Made by a program: the position numbers and the translations under genes. A stretch of 64,000 bases of DNA from an uncultured Holophaga sp. Lineage in GTDB: Bacteria > Acidobacteriota > Holophagae > Holophagales > Holophagaceae. A model generated the notes under the pieces. The model had not been told where the DNA came from and did no database searches. It saw only the letters and a program-made list of their open reading frames with translations. Of the stretch, positions 8,664 through 17,398 are shown in pieces (the stretch's first letter is position 1; each line of letters begins with the position of its first letter). Location of the stretch: NCBI GenBank assembly GCA_963664825.1, contig OY761614.1, positions 3,328,001 to 3,392,000 of the forward strand. Reading direction: 5' to 3'.

Positions 8664-11123
8664 CTAAGGAGCGACCGCACCAGCATATGTGCCATCAGTC
8701 GATTTGGCCGACGAGAGACTGCTTGGACGGAACCTTTTGCTCAGATCGCTTGTCGGCACCAGCACCTCCGGGTTGTATTTACGAAGCGGAACAGTCGTGG
8801 TGCTCACCTGGGGATTGGCGGCCAGGTTTCCTGTCCCAGGCAGTGCACTGCTCGGGTAGAAGATTGAATTCGTCACGGTCCCGGCCCCGCTCAGGTTGGT
8901 GACATTGTTGAGGAAGATGGTCCGATCAATGGTCAGGGTTCCGAGCATCCCGAAGTTCGAAACGGCATGTGACGAATTGGCATACGTGTCGTTAGTAATC
9001 ACGACGTTCATCAGCACTCCCGAATCCATGGATATCGCGTTCCACCTGCCGACGAGACGCGTCTTGGCGGTGGCTGACACCATGGTGCCGTCATCCCAGA
9101 TGTTGCCGTTCACGATGTTGTGGTCGGCGAACAGAGTTCCCGTTGGGCCTCCGGCTACGCCGTTCATGCCCATCTCGACACTCAGGCCGCTGATGGCCGC
9201 CTCGATGGTGTTGCCTCTCACGTAGACGATCGCCTGATTCAGGTGGCCCATGCGGATGGCTGCGTTGGCGCGGTATTCGGCCAAGTGACCATCCTGCAGG
9301 CCTACGACCGGACGGAAGATGTTTCCCTCGATGTGGAGCGTTCCGGTGTCAACCGATATGGGCTGCCCCGAGTAGGTGAAGGGTCCGTAGTTCCCGATAT
9401 TCTGGCCGCAGAGGACCCCGGAACCGGTAAAGCCTTCGAAGGTGTTGTCGCTGACCGTGTAGTCCCGGTTGGCTTCCTTAAAGGAGACCGCCTGGTTGAA
9501 CTGGCCGTGGAAGTAGTTCTGCAAAACCTGGGTGCGGACCGTCCCGTAGGCCTGGACCCCGTAGTCCATCAGTACCAGGCTGTTGTTCGCCGTCCAGTTC
9601 GTGTTTGAGGAGTCGTCCACTAGGGTCGGCAACATGCCGGAGAGGTAGGGATCGAGAATGCGATTCCCGTAGATGACCACATTGGCCGTATCCCAGAGGA
9701 AAATCCCCTGATCGCCGCAACTCTCGATGTGACATCCACTGATGACGACGCTGCCGCTGTGCATGACACCGATGCCATGGGAGCCGTACCAGCTTACGTC
9801 GAGATCCTGAATGAACGTCCCGGCCGCGGCGCCTCCCGAGATGGCGATGCCGTTGTCCGTGCCTGCCGTGGGTTGGACGTATCCCTGGAGCCTCGCCCCA
9901 AGGGGATTCAGGGACTTGAGTCTGACCATCTTGGTGATGGTCAGATGCACGCCCGTCCAAGTTCCGTCGGCGAGTTCGATGGTATCCCCAGCACTTGCGC
10001 TGTTAAGGATTGCCTGAATATCCTCGCCCGGGTAGACCGTACGGGTGCTCCCGGTTCCGGTCCAGGCCGGCAAAATCGGAGACAAAGAACCTGAAACTGT
10101 GATGTTGGAGGAGACGGCCTTGGTCGTGTCCTGTACGCTGGTAGCCGTTACGACATCGCTGCCGCCCGTGGCGGGCGCCGTGTAGAGGCCCGCACTGGTG
10201 ATGCTGCCGCGCTGTGCGGACCAGGTGACCCCGGAACTGAAACTGCCCGTGCCCGTCACCGTTACGGTGAACTGCTCCTGGGCACTGGCGTCCAGGACCA
10301 AAGAGGCCGGGCTCACCGAGAGATCCTTGATGGTAAAGGTAGCCGATTTTCCGCCCGTTCCGCTGCAAGCGACGGTCGAACAAAGAGCCCCAGCCGCAAG
10401 CCACCCCAGCATCCGGAATCGGATGGTCGCGACGCCTGGGAGCTTCCTCGATCGAGGTAGAGGAGTAACCGTCTCCTCTTGCTTGTTATTATGACCTCCG
10501 ATCCCATGTTTCATCAGGTACTTAAATACGGTCAAATCTATTAGGGGCTGGAGAATCGCCAGCCAAATTAAAGCGTAGCCGAAGGAAAGGAGAATCTTCA
10601 GCCAGTTCGGCGCGGGCGCAATGATCCCATGCAGCATCCAAACTGATAAAATAGAAAGTGGAATGCATGTGCAGAAGGTTGTCAGAAAAACAGTCCTGAA
10701 GGTGTCGCCACTCACGCCAAACAGGGATTCGCTCTCGGATTTGTTTTCACTCTCGCTTACCCTAAAATAATCGATATAGGGTTTGACCATGGAATGGCCA
10801 GTCCTCTGGGGCAAGGGATGCGCGAAGGTCTTGTATTCCCGGTCATCCAGGGGCTCCTCAAACCTAATGGCAGTGCCCTGGTCGTCGCTGCGGACGACTG
10901 TGCCCCTTGCCACGATCTGCCTGAGCCCAAGGTTCTCAGAAAGGGCAACGACCACTTCACAGGGACATCCCACCGGCATGAGTGGGGTGGCGCCAAGCAA
11001 AAGGCCCCCCATGCTGATGTTCAGGGTTAAAGCGCAAAAGGCCATGCGGCCCGCGGGTTGCAATTGGACGTTACTCTTGATAGGTATCCGTTCTGAAGCG
11101 CGAAGGTCCATGTGAGTGTCCAT
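8664..11123 (-). CDS. Fusion protein: PilZ domain - 2 TM - internal lipoprotein-type signal - Ig-like domain - right-handed beta-helix (pectate-lyase-like fold)
   Basis: RASER and NISMGG PilZ motifs; two hydrophobic helices; MLGWLAAGALCSTVAC; one Ig-like repeat; IQAILNSASAGDTIELADG and repeated N-ladder beta-helix coils; no internal stop. Confidence 0.75.
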   Translation of the reverse strand: MDTHMDLRASERIPIKSNVQLQPAGRMAFCALTLNISMGGLLLGATPLMPVGCPCEVVVALSENLGLRQIVARGTVVRSDDQGTAIRFEEPLDDREYKTFAHPLPQRTGHSMVKPYIDYFRVSESENKSESESLFGVSGDTFRTVFLTTFCTCIPLSILSVWMLHGIIAPAPNWLKILLSFGYALIWLAILQPLIDLTVFKYLMKHGIGGHNNKQEETVTPLPRSRKLPGVATIRFRMLGWLAAGALCSTVACSGTGGKSATFTIKDLSVSPASLVLDASAQEQFTVTVTGTGSFSSGVTWSAQRGSITSAGLYTAPATGGSDVVTATSVQDTTKAVSSNITVSGSLSPILPAWTGTGSTRTVYPGEDIQAILNSASAGDTIELADGTWTGVHLTITKMVRLKSLNPLGARLQGYVQPTAGTDNGIAISGGAAAGTFIQDLDVSWYGSHGIGVMHSGSVVISGCHIESCGDQGIFLWDTANVVIYGNRILDPYLSGMLPTLVDDSSNTNWTANNSLVLMDYGVQAYGTVRTQVLQNYFHGQFNQAVSFKEANRDYTVSDNTFEGFTGSGVLCGQNIGNYGPFTYSGQPISVDTGTLHIEGNIFRPVVGLQDGHLAEYRANAAIRMGHLNQAIVYVRGNTIEAAISGLSVEMGMNGVAGGPTGTLFADHNIVNGNIWDDGTMVSATAKTRLVGRWNAISMDSGVLMNVVITNDTYANSSHAVSNFGMLGTLTIDRTIFLNNVTNLSGAGTVTNSIFYPSSALPGTGNLAANPQVSTTTVPLRKYNPEVLVPTSDLSKRFRPSSLSSAKSTDGTYAGAVAP
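8666..10316. repeat. Left arm of a 1,651-bp inverted repeat (partner 14098-15748)
   Basis: Reverse complement matched wherever sampled; main and shadow ORF translations are identical in both arms. Confidence 0.93.
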
Positions 11124-11499
11124 TATTCTCCCGCACGCCAGTCTCTGGCACCTTCTTACCACCCAGCTTACCGGTATCCGTACAACTTTTCGATTGCCTT
11201 TCAGATGTCCACCGACTGAGTTTGCTAGGGCATAAATCGAGATTCCGACCCTCGCATACCGGAACCCTCCGCTGACCGGATGCCATATTTAATACTTAAT
11301 TTATAATAAACTAGCCCCATGAGAATTCTGGCCAGACAGAGACGAGCTTACAGGGCGAGCAGGCGGTCGAATCCGCTACTCCACTTCTGGAACTGACGGA
11401 CACGGTAGATGGGGGGCGGCGCCCTGGTGCCCACCGACACACAGCTGCCTACTGGCAAAGGGCCAATATTGGCGTACCCTCCACCATGTGTGGAGGTTC

Positions 11500-12132
11500 A
11501 TGATGGATGTTCGAAATGATCTGCGCACCTCCAAGCGGGTTCCCATTGGGAACAAGGTCCAAGTGAAAATAAAAGGACGGATGGCCTCCTATGCCTTGGC
11601 CATTAACATCAGCGCGGGAGGTCTTCTCCTCAGTGCGGCCCCCGCCCTGCCGGTGGGGACTCCGTGTGAACTCGCAATTCCCCTCTCTATCCGAGCCGAA
11701 GGGAAAAGCCTCCTAACTGAGGGGACGGTGATCCGCAACGATGACATGGGAACCGCAATTCAATTTACCAATGAATTAGAGGAGAGTGTATATAAAAAAT
11801 TTGTTACCAAAGAAAATGCATTTGCCAACAACTCGGTTTTGAATTCCTACATAAATTATTTCAAAGTCAGCCAGAGTCATGACCCGGCTGACTGCGAAAA
11901 ACTGATTGGCATAAGCCGAAAGATTTTTAATAATGTTTTTTTGACGACCTTCTGCACATGCATTCCGCTGGCTATCCTTCCTGTACTAATTTTTCAAAGT
12001 AGCATTCCAATCATACCTATATGGGCAAAACTAACGTACTCATTCGGATATGGATTGATATGGATTGGAATCATCCAGCCTTCCATTGATTTAATTGTTT
12101 TTAAAGTCATTAAAAACAGAGCCGTTGTATAG
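11500..12132 (+). CDS. PilZ-domain protein with two C-terminal TM helices
   Basis: RTSKR and NISAGG motifs; GGAGG ribosome-binding site; paralog of the N-terminal part of 8664-11123. Confidence 0.8.
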   Translation: MMDVRNDLRTSKRVPIGNKVQVKIKGRMASYALAINISAGGLLLSAAPALPVGTPCELAIPLSIRAEGKSLLTEGTVIRNDDMGTAIQFTNELEESVYKKFVTKENAFANNSVLNSYINYFKVSQSHDPADCEKLIGISRKIFNNVFLTTFCTCIPLAILPVLIFQSSIPIIPIWAKLTYSFGYGLIWIGIIQPSIDLIVFKVIKNRAVV

Positions 12133-12189
12133 CTAGTTAATACTACTATTTGCTAGCACCGCTGTTGATAGGCCAAATTGGAGGATCCC

Positions 12190-15100
12190 ATGCGTATAGG
12201 GAGTATCCAGTTCCGTTTGCTAGGAATATTTATAATTGGCGCCATTTGTTCATGGATAGCAACAGCTGCGACCTACTTTGTGATGACCCTAAGCCCTGGT
12301 TCCGCCAACATAACTACATACGCGACTTTGTCATTAACTGCAGCGGTTTCAGGCTCTTCGCATACTGCATTCAGTTGGACTGTGGATGGCATTCGTGATG
12401 GTAACAGCACAGTGGGCATAGTCACGGGTGGAGGAAGCAGCGTTCTATACACGGCTCCTGCCAATGCTGGAGTTCATACCTTGAAAGCCTCGGGCCTAAC
12501 CTATACCTATGGAAACAGACCCCGATTACTCACCGCCACTGCCAGAGTCACAGTGGTCGCCCCCTCTGCGATCAGTTCTTTGACGCTGAGTCCATTCATT
12601 TTGACCTTGAACGCCAGCACCCAAAATCAGTTCACCGCGACGGTGACGGGCACGGGCAGCTACAGTTCCGGGGTCATCTGGTCCGCACAGAAGGGGACCA
12701 TCACCAGTACCGGCCTCTACACGGCGCCCGTCACGGGCGGGAGCGATGTGGTGACTGCCACGAGTGCCCAGGATGCCAACAGGACGGCCACGGCAAACAT
12801 CACGGTGACCGTGCCTGCCACCATCACCTCCGTGGTTGTGAGTCCGGCCTCCCTGACCCTGAACGCCAGTGCCCAGAATCAGTTCACCGCGACGGTGACG
12901 GGCACGGGCGGCTACAGTTCCGGGGTCACCTGGTCCGCCCAGAAGGGGACCATCACCAGCACCGGTCTCTACACGGCGCCCGCCACGAGCGGTAGCGACG
13001 TGGTGACTGCCACGAGTGCCCAGAATGCCAGCAGGACGGCCACGGCAAACATCACGGTGACCGTGCCTGCCACCATCACCTCCGTGGTTGTGAGTCCGGC
13101 CTCCCTGACCCTGAACGCCAGTGCTCAGAATCAGTTCACCGCGACGGTGACGGGCACGGGCGGCTACAGTTCCAGGGTCATCTGGTCAGCACAGAAGGGG
13201 ACCATCACCAGCACCGGTCTCTACACGGCGCCCGCCACGGGCGGGAGCGACGTGGTGACTGCCACGAGTGCCCAGAATGCCAGCAGGACGGCCATGGCAA
13301 ACATCACGGTGACCGTGCCTGCCACCATCACCTCCGTTGTTGTGAGTCCAGCCTCCCTGACCCTGAACGCCAGTGCCCAGAATCAGTTCACCGCGACAGT
13401 GACGGGTACGGGCAGCTACAGTTCCGGGGTCACCTGGTCCGCGCAGAAGGGGGCCATTACCAGTACCGGCCTCTACACGGCACCCGCCACGGGCGGGAGC
13501 GACGTGGTGACTGCCACGAGTGCCCAGGATGCCAGCAGGACGGCCACGGCAAACATCACGGTGACCGTGCCTGCCACCATCACCTCCGTGGTTGTGAGTC
13601 CGGCCTCCCTGACCCTGAACGCCAGTGCTCAGAATCAGTTCACCGCGACGGTGACGGGCACGGGCAGCTACAGTCCCGGGGTCACCTGGTCCGCCCAGAA
13701 GGGGACCATCACCAGTACCGGCCTCTACACGGCGCCCACTACGAGCGGTAGCGACGTGGTGACTGCCACGAGTGCCCAGAATGCCAGCAGGACGGCCACG
13801 GCAAACATCACGGTAACCGTGCCTGCCACCATCACCTCCGTGGTTGTGAGTCCAGCCTCCCTGACCCTGAACGTCAGTGCCCAGAATCAGTTCACCGCGA
13901 CGGTGGTGGGCACGGGCAGCTACAGTTCCGGGGTCACCTGGTCCGCGCAGAAGGGGGCCATTACCAGTACCGGCCTCTACACGGCGCTCACCACGGGCGG
14001 GAGCGACGTGGTGACTGCCACGAGTGCCCAGGATGTCAGCAGGACGGCCACGGCAAACATCACGGTGACCGTGCCTGCCACCATCACCTCCGTGGTTGTG
14101 AGCCCGGCCTCTTTGGTCCTGGACGCCAGTGCCCAGGAGCAGTTCACCGTAACGGTGACGGGCACGGGCAGTTTCAGTTCCGGGGTCACCTGGTCCGCAC
14201 AGCGCGGCAGCATCACCAGTGCGGGCCTCTACACGGCGCCCGCCACGGGCGGCAGCGATGTCGTAACGGCTACCAGCGTACAGGACACGACCAAGGCCGT
14301 CTCCTCCAACATCACAGTTTCAGGTTCTTTGTCTCCGATTTTGCCGGCCTGGACCGGAACCGGGAGCACCCGTACGGTCTACCCGGGCGAGGATATTCAG
14401 GCAATCCTTAACAGCGCAAGTGCTGGGGATACCATCGAACTCGCCGACGGAACTTGGACGGGCGTGCATCTGACCATCACCAAGATGGTCAGACTCAAGT
14501 CCCTGAATCCCCTTGGGGCGAGGCTCCAGGGATACGTCCAACCCACGGCAGGCACGGACAACGGCATCGCCATCTCGGGAGGCGCCGCGGCCGGGACGTT
14601 CATTCAGGATCTCGACGTAAGCTGGTACGGCTCCCATGGCATCGGTGTCATGCACAGCGGCAGCGTCGTCATCAGTGGATGTCACATCGAGAGTTGCGGC
14701 GATCAGGGGATTTTCCTCTGGGATACGGCCAATGTGGTCATCTACGGGAATCGCATTCTCGATCCCTACCTCTCCGGCATGTTGCCGACCCTAGTGGACG
14801 ACTCCTCAAACACGAACTGGACGGCGAACAACAGCCTGGTACTGATGGACTACGGGGTCCAGGCCTACGGGACGGTCCGCACCCAGGTTTTGCAGAACTA
14901 CTTCCACGGCCAGTTCAACCAGGCGGTCTCCTTTAAGGAAGCCAACCGGGACTACACGGTCAGCGACAACACCTTCGAAGGCTTTACCGGTTCCGGGGTC
15001 CTCTGCGGCCAGAATATCGGGAACTACGGACCCTTCACCTACTCGGGGCAGCCCATATCGGTTGACACCGGAACGCTCCACATCGAGGGAAACATCTTCC

Positions 15101-15750
15101 GTCCGGTCGTAGGCCTGCAGGATGGTCACTTGGCCGAATACCGCGCCAACGCAGCCATCCGCATGGGCCACCTGAATCAGGCGATCGTCTACGTGAGAGG
15201 CAACACCATCGAGGCGGCCATCAGCGGCCTGAGTGTCGAGATGGGCATGAACGGCGTAGCCGGAGGCCCAACGGGAACTCTGTTCGCCGACCACAACATC
15301 GTGAACGGCAACATCTGGGATGACGGCACCATGGTGTCAGCCACCGCCAAGACGCGTCTCGTCGGCAGGTGGAACGCGATATCCATGGATTCGGGAGTGC
15401 TGATGAACGTCGTGATTACTAACGACACGTATGCCAATTCGTCACATGCCGTTTCGAACTTCGGGATGCTCGGAACCCTGACCATTGATCGGACCATCTT
15501 CCTCAACAATGTCACCAACCTGAGCGGGGCCGGGACCGTGACGAATTCAATCTTCTACCCGAGCAGTGCACTGCCTGGGACAGGAAACCTGGCCGCCAAT
15601 CCCCAGGTGAGCACCACGACTGTTCCGCTTCGTAAATACAACCCGGAGGTGCTGGTGCCGACAAGCGATCTGAGCAAAAGGTTCCGTCCAAGCAGTCTCT
15701 CGTCGGCCAAATCGACTGATGGCACATATGCTGGTGCGGTCGCTCCTTGA
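12190..15750 (+). CDS. Exported protein: about 8 Ig-like repeats + right-handed beta-helix domain
   Basis: GGAGG ribosome-binding site; signal peptide; 84-aa repeats (SPAS..QFTATVTGTG..VTWS..GTITSTGLYTAP); C-terminal 550 aa identical to 8664-11123. Confidence 0.85.
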   Translation: MRIGSIQFRLLGIFIIGAICSWIATAATYFVMTLSPGSANITTYATLSLTAAVSGSSHTAFSWTVDGIRDGNSTVGIVTGGGSSVLYTAPANAGVHTLKASGLTYTYGNRPRLLTATARVTVVAPSAISSLTLSPFILTLNASTQNQFTATVTGTGSYSSGVIWSAQKGTITSTGLYTAPVTGGSDVVTATSAQDANRTATANITVTVPATITSVVVSPASLTLNASAQNQFTATVTGTGGYSSGVTWSAQKGTITSTGLYTAPATSGSDVVTATSAQNASRTATANITVTVPATITSVVVSPASLTLNASAQNQFTATVTGTGGYSSRVIWSAQKGTITSTGLYTAPATGGSDVVTATSAQNASRTAMANITVTVPATITSVVVSPASLTLNASAQNQFTATVTGTGSYSSGVTWSAQKGAITSTGLYTAPATGGSDVVTATSAQDASRTATANITVTVPATITSVVVSPASLTLNASAQNQFTATVTGTGSYSPGVTWSAQKGTITSTGLYTAPTTSGSDVVTATSAQNASRTATANITVTVPATITSVVVSPASLTLNVSAQNQFTATVVGTGSYSSGVTWSAQKGAITSTGLYTALTTGGSDVVTATSAQDVSRTATANITVTVPATITSVVVSPASLVLDASAQEQFTVTVTGTGSFSSGVTWSAQRGSITSAGLYTAPATGGSDVVTATSVQDTTKAVSSNITVSGSLSPILPAWTGTGSTRTVYPGEDIQAILNSASAGDTIELADGTWTGVHLTITKMVRLKSLNPLGARLQGYVQPTAGTDNGIAISGGAAAGTFIQDLDVSWYGSHGIGVMHSGSVVISGCHIESCGDQGIFLWDTANVVIYGNRILDPYLSGMLPTLVDDSSNTNWTANNSLVLMDYGVQAYGTVRTQVLQNYFHGQFNQAVSFKEANRDYTVSDNTFEGFTGSGVLCGQNIGNYGPFTYSGQPISVDTGTLHIEGNIFRPVVGLQDGHLAEYRANAAIRMGHLNQAIVYVRGNTIEAAISGLSVEMGMNGVAGGPTGTLFADHNIVNGNIWDDGTMVSATAKTRLVGRWNAISMDSGVLMNVVITNDTYANSSHAVSNFGMLGTLTIDRTIFLNNVTNLSGAGTVTNSIFYPSSALPGTGNLAANPQVSTTTVPLRKYNPEVLVPTSDLSKRFRPSSLSSAKSTDGTYAGAVAP
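12559..14322 (+). repeat. Intragenic tandem array of 7 x 252 bp (84-aa Ig-like domains)
   Basis: GTGCCTGCCACCATCACCTCC recurs at 12811, 13063, 13315, 13567, 13819 and 14071; first unit has a diverged start. Confidence 0.95.
14098..15748. repeat. Right arm of the 1,651-bp inverted repeat (partner 8666-10316)
   Basis: Identity starts at GTGAGCCCGGCC and ends at the first base of the stop codon (TGA here, TAG in the left arm). Confidence 0.93.
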
Positions 15751-15767
15751 AGGAAAGAAGACCTAGG

Positions 15768-17395
15768 GTATCGATTCACCCCCCCTGCAGGTTCAACTCG
15801 TGATTGAGGGGGGGGGGATCACTGCAAGTGAATAATTTGCTTGTACTTCGGTCTCAAACCAGTCAGATTCTAAAGGATGGAGCTTGATCCCGTTCTGACC
15901 GATCCGCGTTATCTGGCGCTGGCCGCCGAGAACGGGGAACTGCGTGCGGAAATGACTCGCCTGCGGGAGACGATGGAGCGCCTGGAGAAGCTGCTGGAGT
16001 CCCTCCAGGAGCGGCTCGGGAAGGACAGCCGCAACAGCAGCAAGCCCCCCAGTTCGGACGGACCCGCGGCGCCGCCCAAGCCACCGACGCCGCCCACGGG
16101 GCGCAAGCGCGGCGGCCAACCGGGACGAAAGGGGTCCGCTCGGGTGATGTTGCCGGAGGGCAGCGAGGATCGGACGGTGGCGGTGGCGCTTGGATGCTGC
16201 CCCCACTGCCGCGGCGAGGTTCCTTCAGGGGCCATCACCGGGACGCGCCTGCACCGGGTGGTGGATCTGGCTCAGCGCCTCACAGAAGTCATCGCCTACG
16301 CGCTGGAGGAGGGCATCTGCCCGCATTGCCAGCGAAAAGTCCGGGCTTCGCTGCCACCGGAGGCCGCGCCCGGCGGGATCGGCCCGCGCCTTCAGGCTGC
16401 GGCGGCCTATCTGCGCACAGAGGGCCGCATGAGCCTGACGCCGCTCCAGCGTTTCCTCTCGGAGGTGACGGGCGTAGCGGTCTCACGCGGTTGGCTGCAT
16501 GAGAGCGGTGTGGCGCTGGGGAGCCACCTACTCCCCGCCTGGGAGGACCTCTCCCAGCAGATCCGCACGGCGGACGTGCTCAACCTCGACGAGACCGGTT
16601 TCGGGCGGAAGGATCGGGACTGGATCTGGGTGGCCCTTTCCGCCCGCACGGCCCTCTTCCACTTCAGCGACACCCGTGGGGCGAGGGCCCTGACCGCGAT
16701 GCTTCCCGAGGATTTCAGTGGCATCATCGGAACGGACCGATACGGCGCCTACAACGCCTTGAAATCTGCCGTTCGCCAGTTCTGCTGGGCCCATTTGCGC
16801 AGGGAGTTCATCGCCCTCAGCGAATCCGCGAAGCCCGAGGTGGCCGCACTGGGAAAGCGTCTGCTCGCCGAGCAGGAGGAGATCTTTGCGCTGTGGCACG
16901 CCTTCCGAAGTGGCGAGATCACCCGCAAGGTTCTGCGCGCCTGCACGGCCATCAACCTGGCGCGGCTCAAGCGGGGCCTGATCCAGGCCAGCACGATGGA
17001 TCACAAGGCCGCCCGAAACCTCGGGAAGGACCTCCTCCGGAAATGGGACAAGCTCTGGGTGTTCCTGAAGGTCGAGGGCGTGGAGCCGACGAACAATGCG
17101 GCCGAGCGGGCCCTGCGCCCCCTCGTGATCCTCAAGCGGATCTTCCAGCGACTGCCCAGCGCGGACGGAAAGCGATTCTTCGAACGCCTCCTGAGCTTGG
17201 GCACCACCGCCTGCATCCGCGGCGTGCCCTACTTCGACTGGCTGCTCAGGGCCCTCCACTCCGCCCGATCCAATCAGCCCCTACCGGCACTGGAACCGGC
17301 CTGAGGCTGCCAGGGCAAGCGGGACATCACCAGCCCATCACGGCTGGCTGCCACCGGCTTACGCGGTCACAGGGACAAGCGGGGTGAATCGATAC
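15768..17395 (+). mobile_element. IS66-family insertion sequence, single-ORF type, 1,628 bp, intact ends
   Basis: 15-bp perfect terminal inverted repeats GTATCGATTCACCCC / GGGGTGAATCGATAC; 8-bp target duplication GACCTAGG at 15760-15767 and 17396-17403. Confidence 0.95.
15877..17304 (+). CDS. IS66 family transposase
   Basis: Coiled coil + NSSKPPSSD, CPHC zinc motifs, LDETG, TDRYGAY, QFCWAHLRR and PTNNAAERALR. Confidence 0.95.
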   Translation: MELDPVLTDPRYLALAAENGELRAEMTRLRETMERLEKLLESLQERLGKDSRNSSKPPSSDGPAAPPKPPTPPTGRKRGGQPGRKGSARVMLPEGSEDRTVAVALGCCPHCRGEVPSGAITGTRLHRVVDLAQRLTEVIAYALEEGICPHCQRKVRASLPPEAAPGGIGPRLQAAAAYLRTEGRMSLTPLQRFLSEVTGVAVSRGWLHESGVALGSHLLPAWEDLSQQIRTADVLNLDETGFGRKDRDWIWVALSARTALFHFSDTRGARALTAMLPEDFSGIIGTDRYGAYNALKSAVRQFCWAHLRREFIALSESAKPEVAALGKRLLAEQEEIFALWHAFRSGEITRKVLRACTAINLARLKRGLIQASTMDHKAARNLGKDLLRKWDKLWVFLKVEGVEPTNNAAERALRPLVILKRIFQRLPSADGKRFFERLLSLGTTACIRGVPYFDWLLRALHSARSNQPLPALEPA

Positions 17396-17398
17396 GAC

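Noticed and set aside
11124..11499. c-di-GMP riboswitch in the divergent leader region
   Set aside because: No class I or II consensus recognised by eye on either strand; needs an Rfam scan
12559..14322. Tandem repeats as a CRISPR array
   Set aside because: Units are 252 bp, in frame and protein-coding, with no unique spacers and no cas genes
8666..15748. Diversity-generating retroelement or shufflon
   Set aside because: Copies are long and appear identical (no adenine-specific differences); no reverse transcriptase or invertase; inversion would not change the proteins
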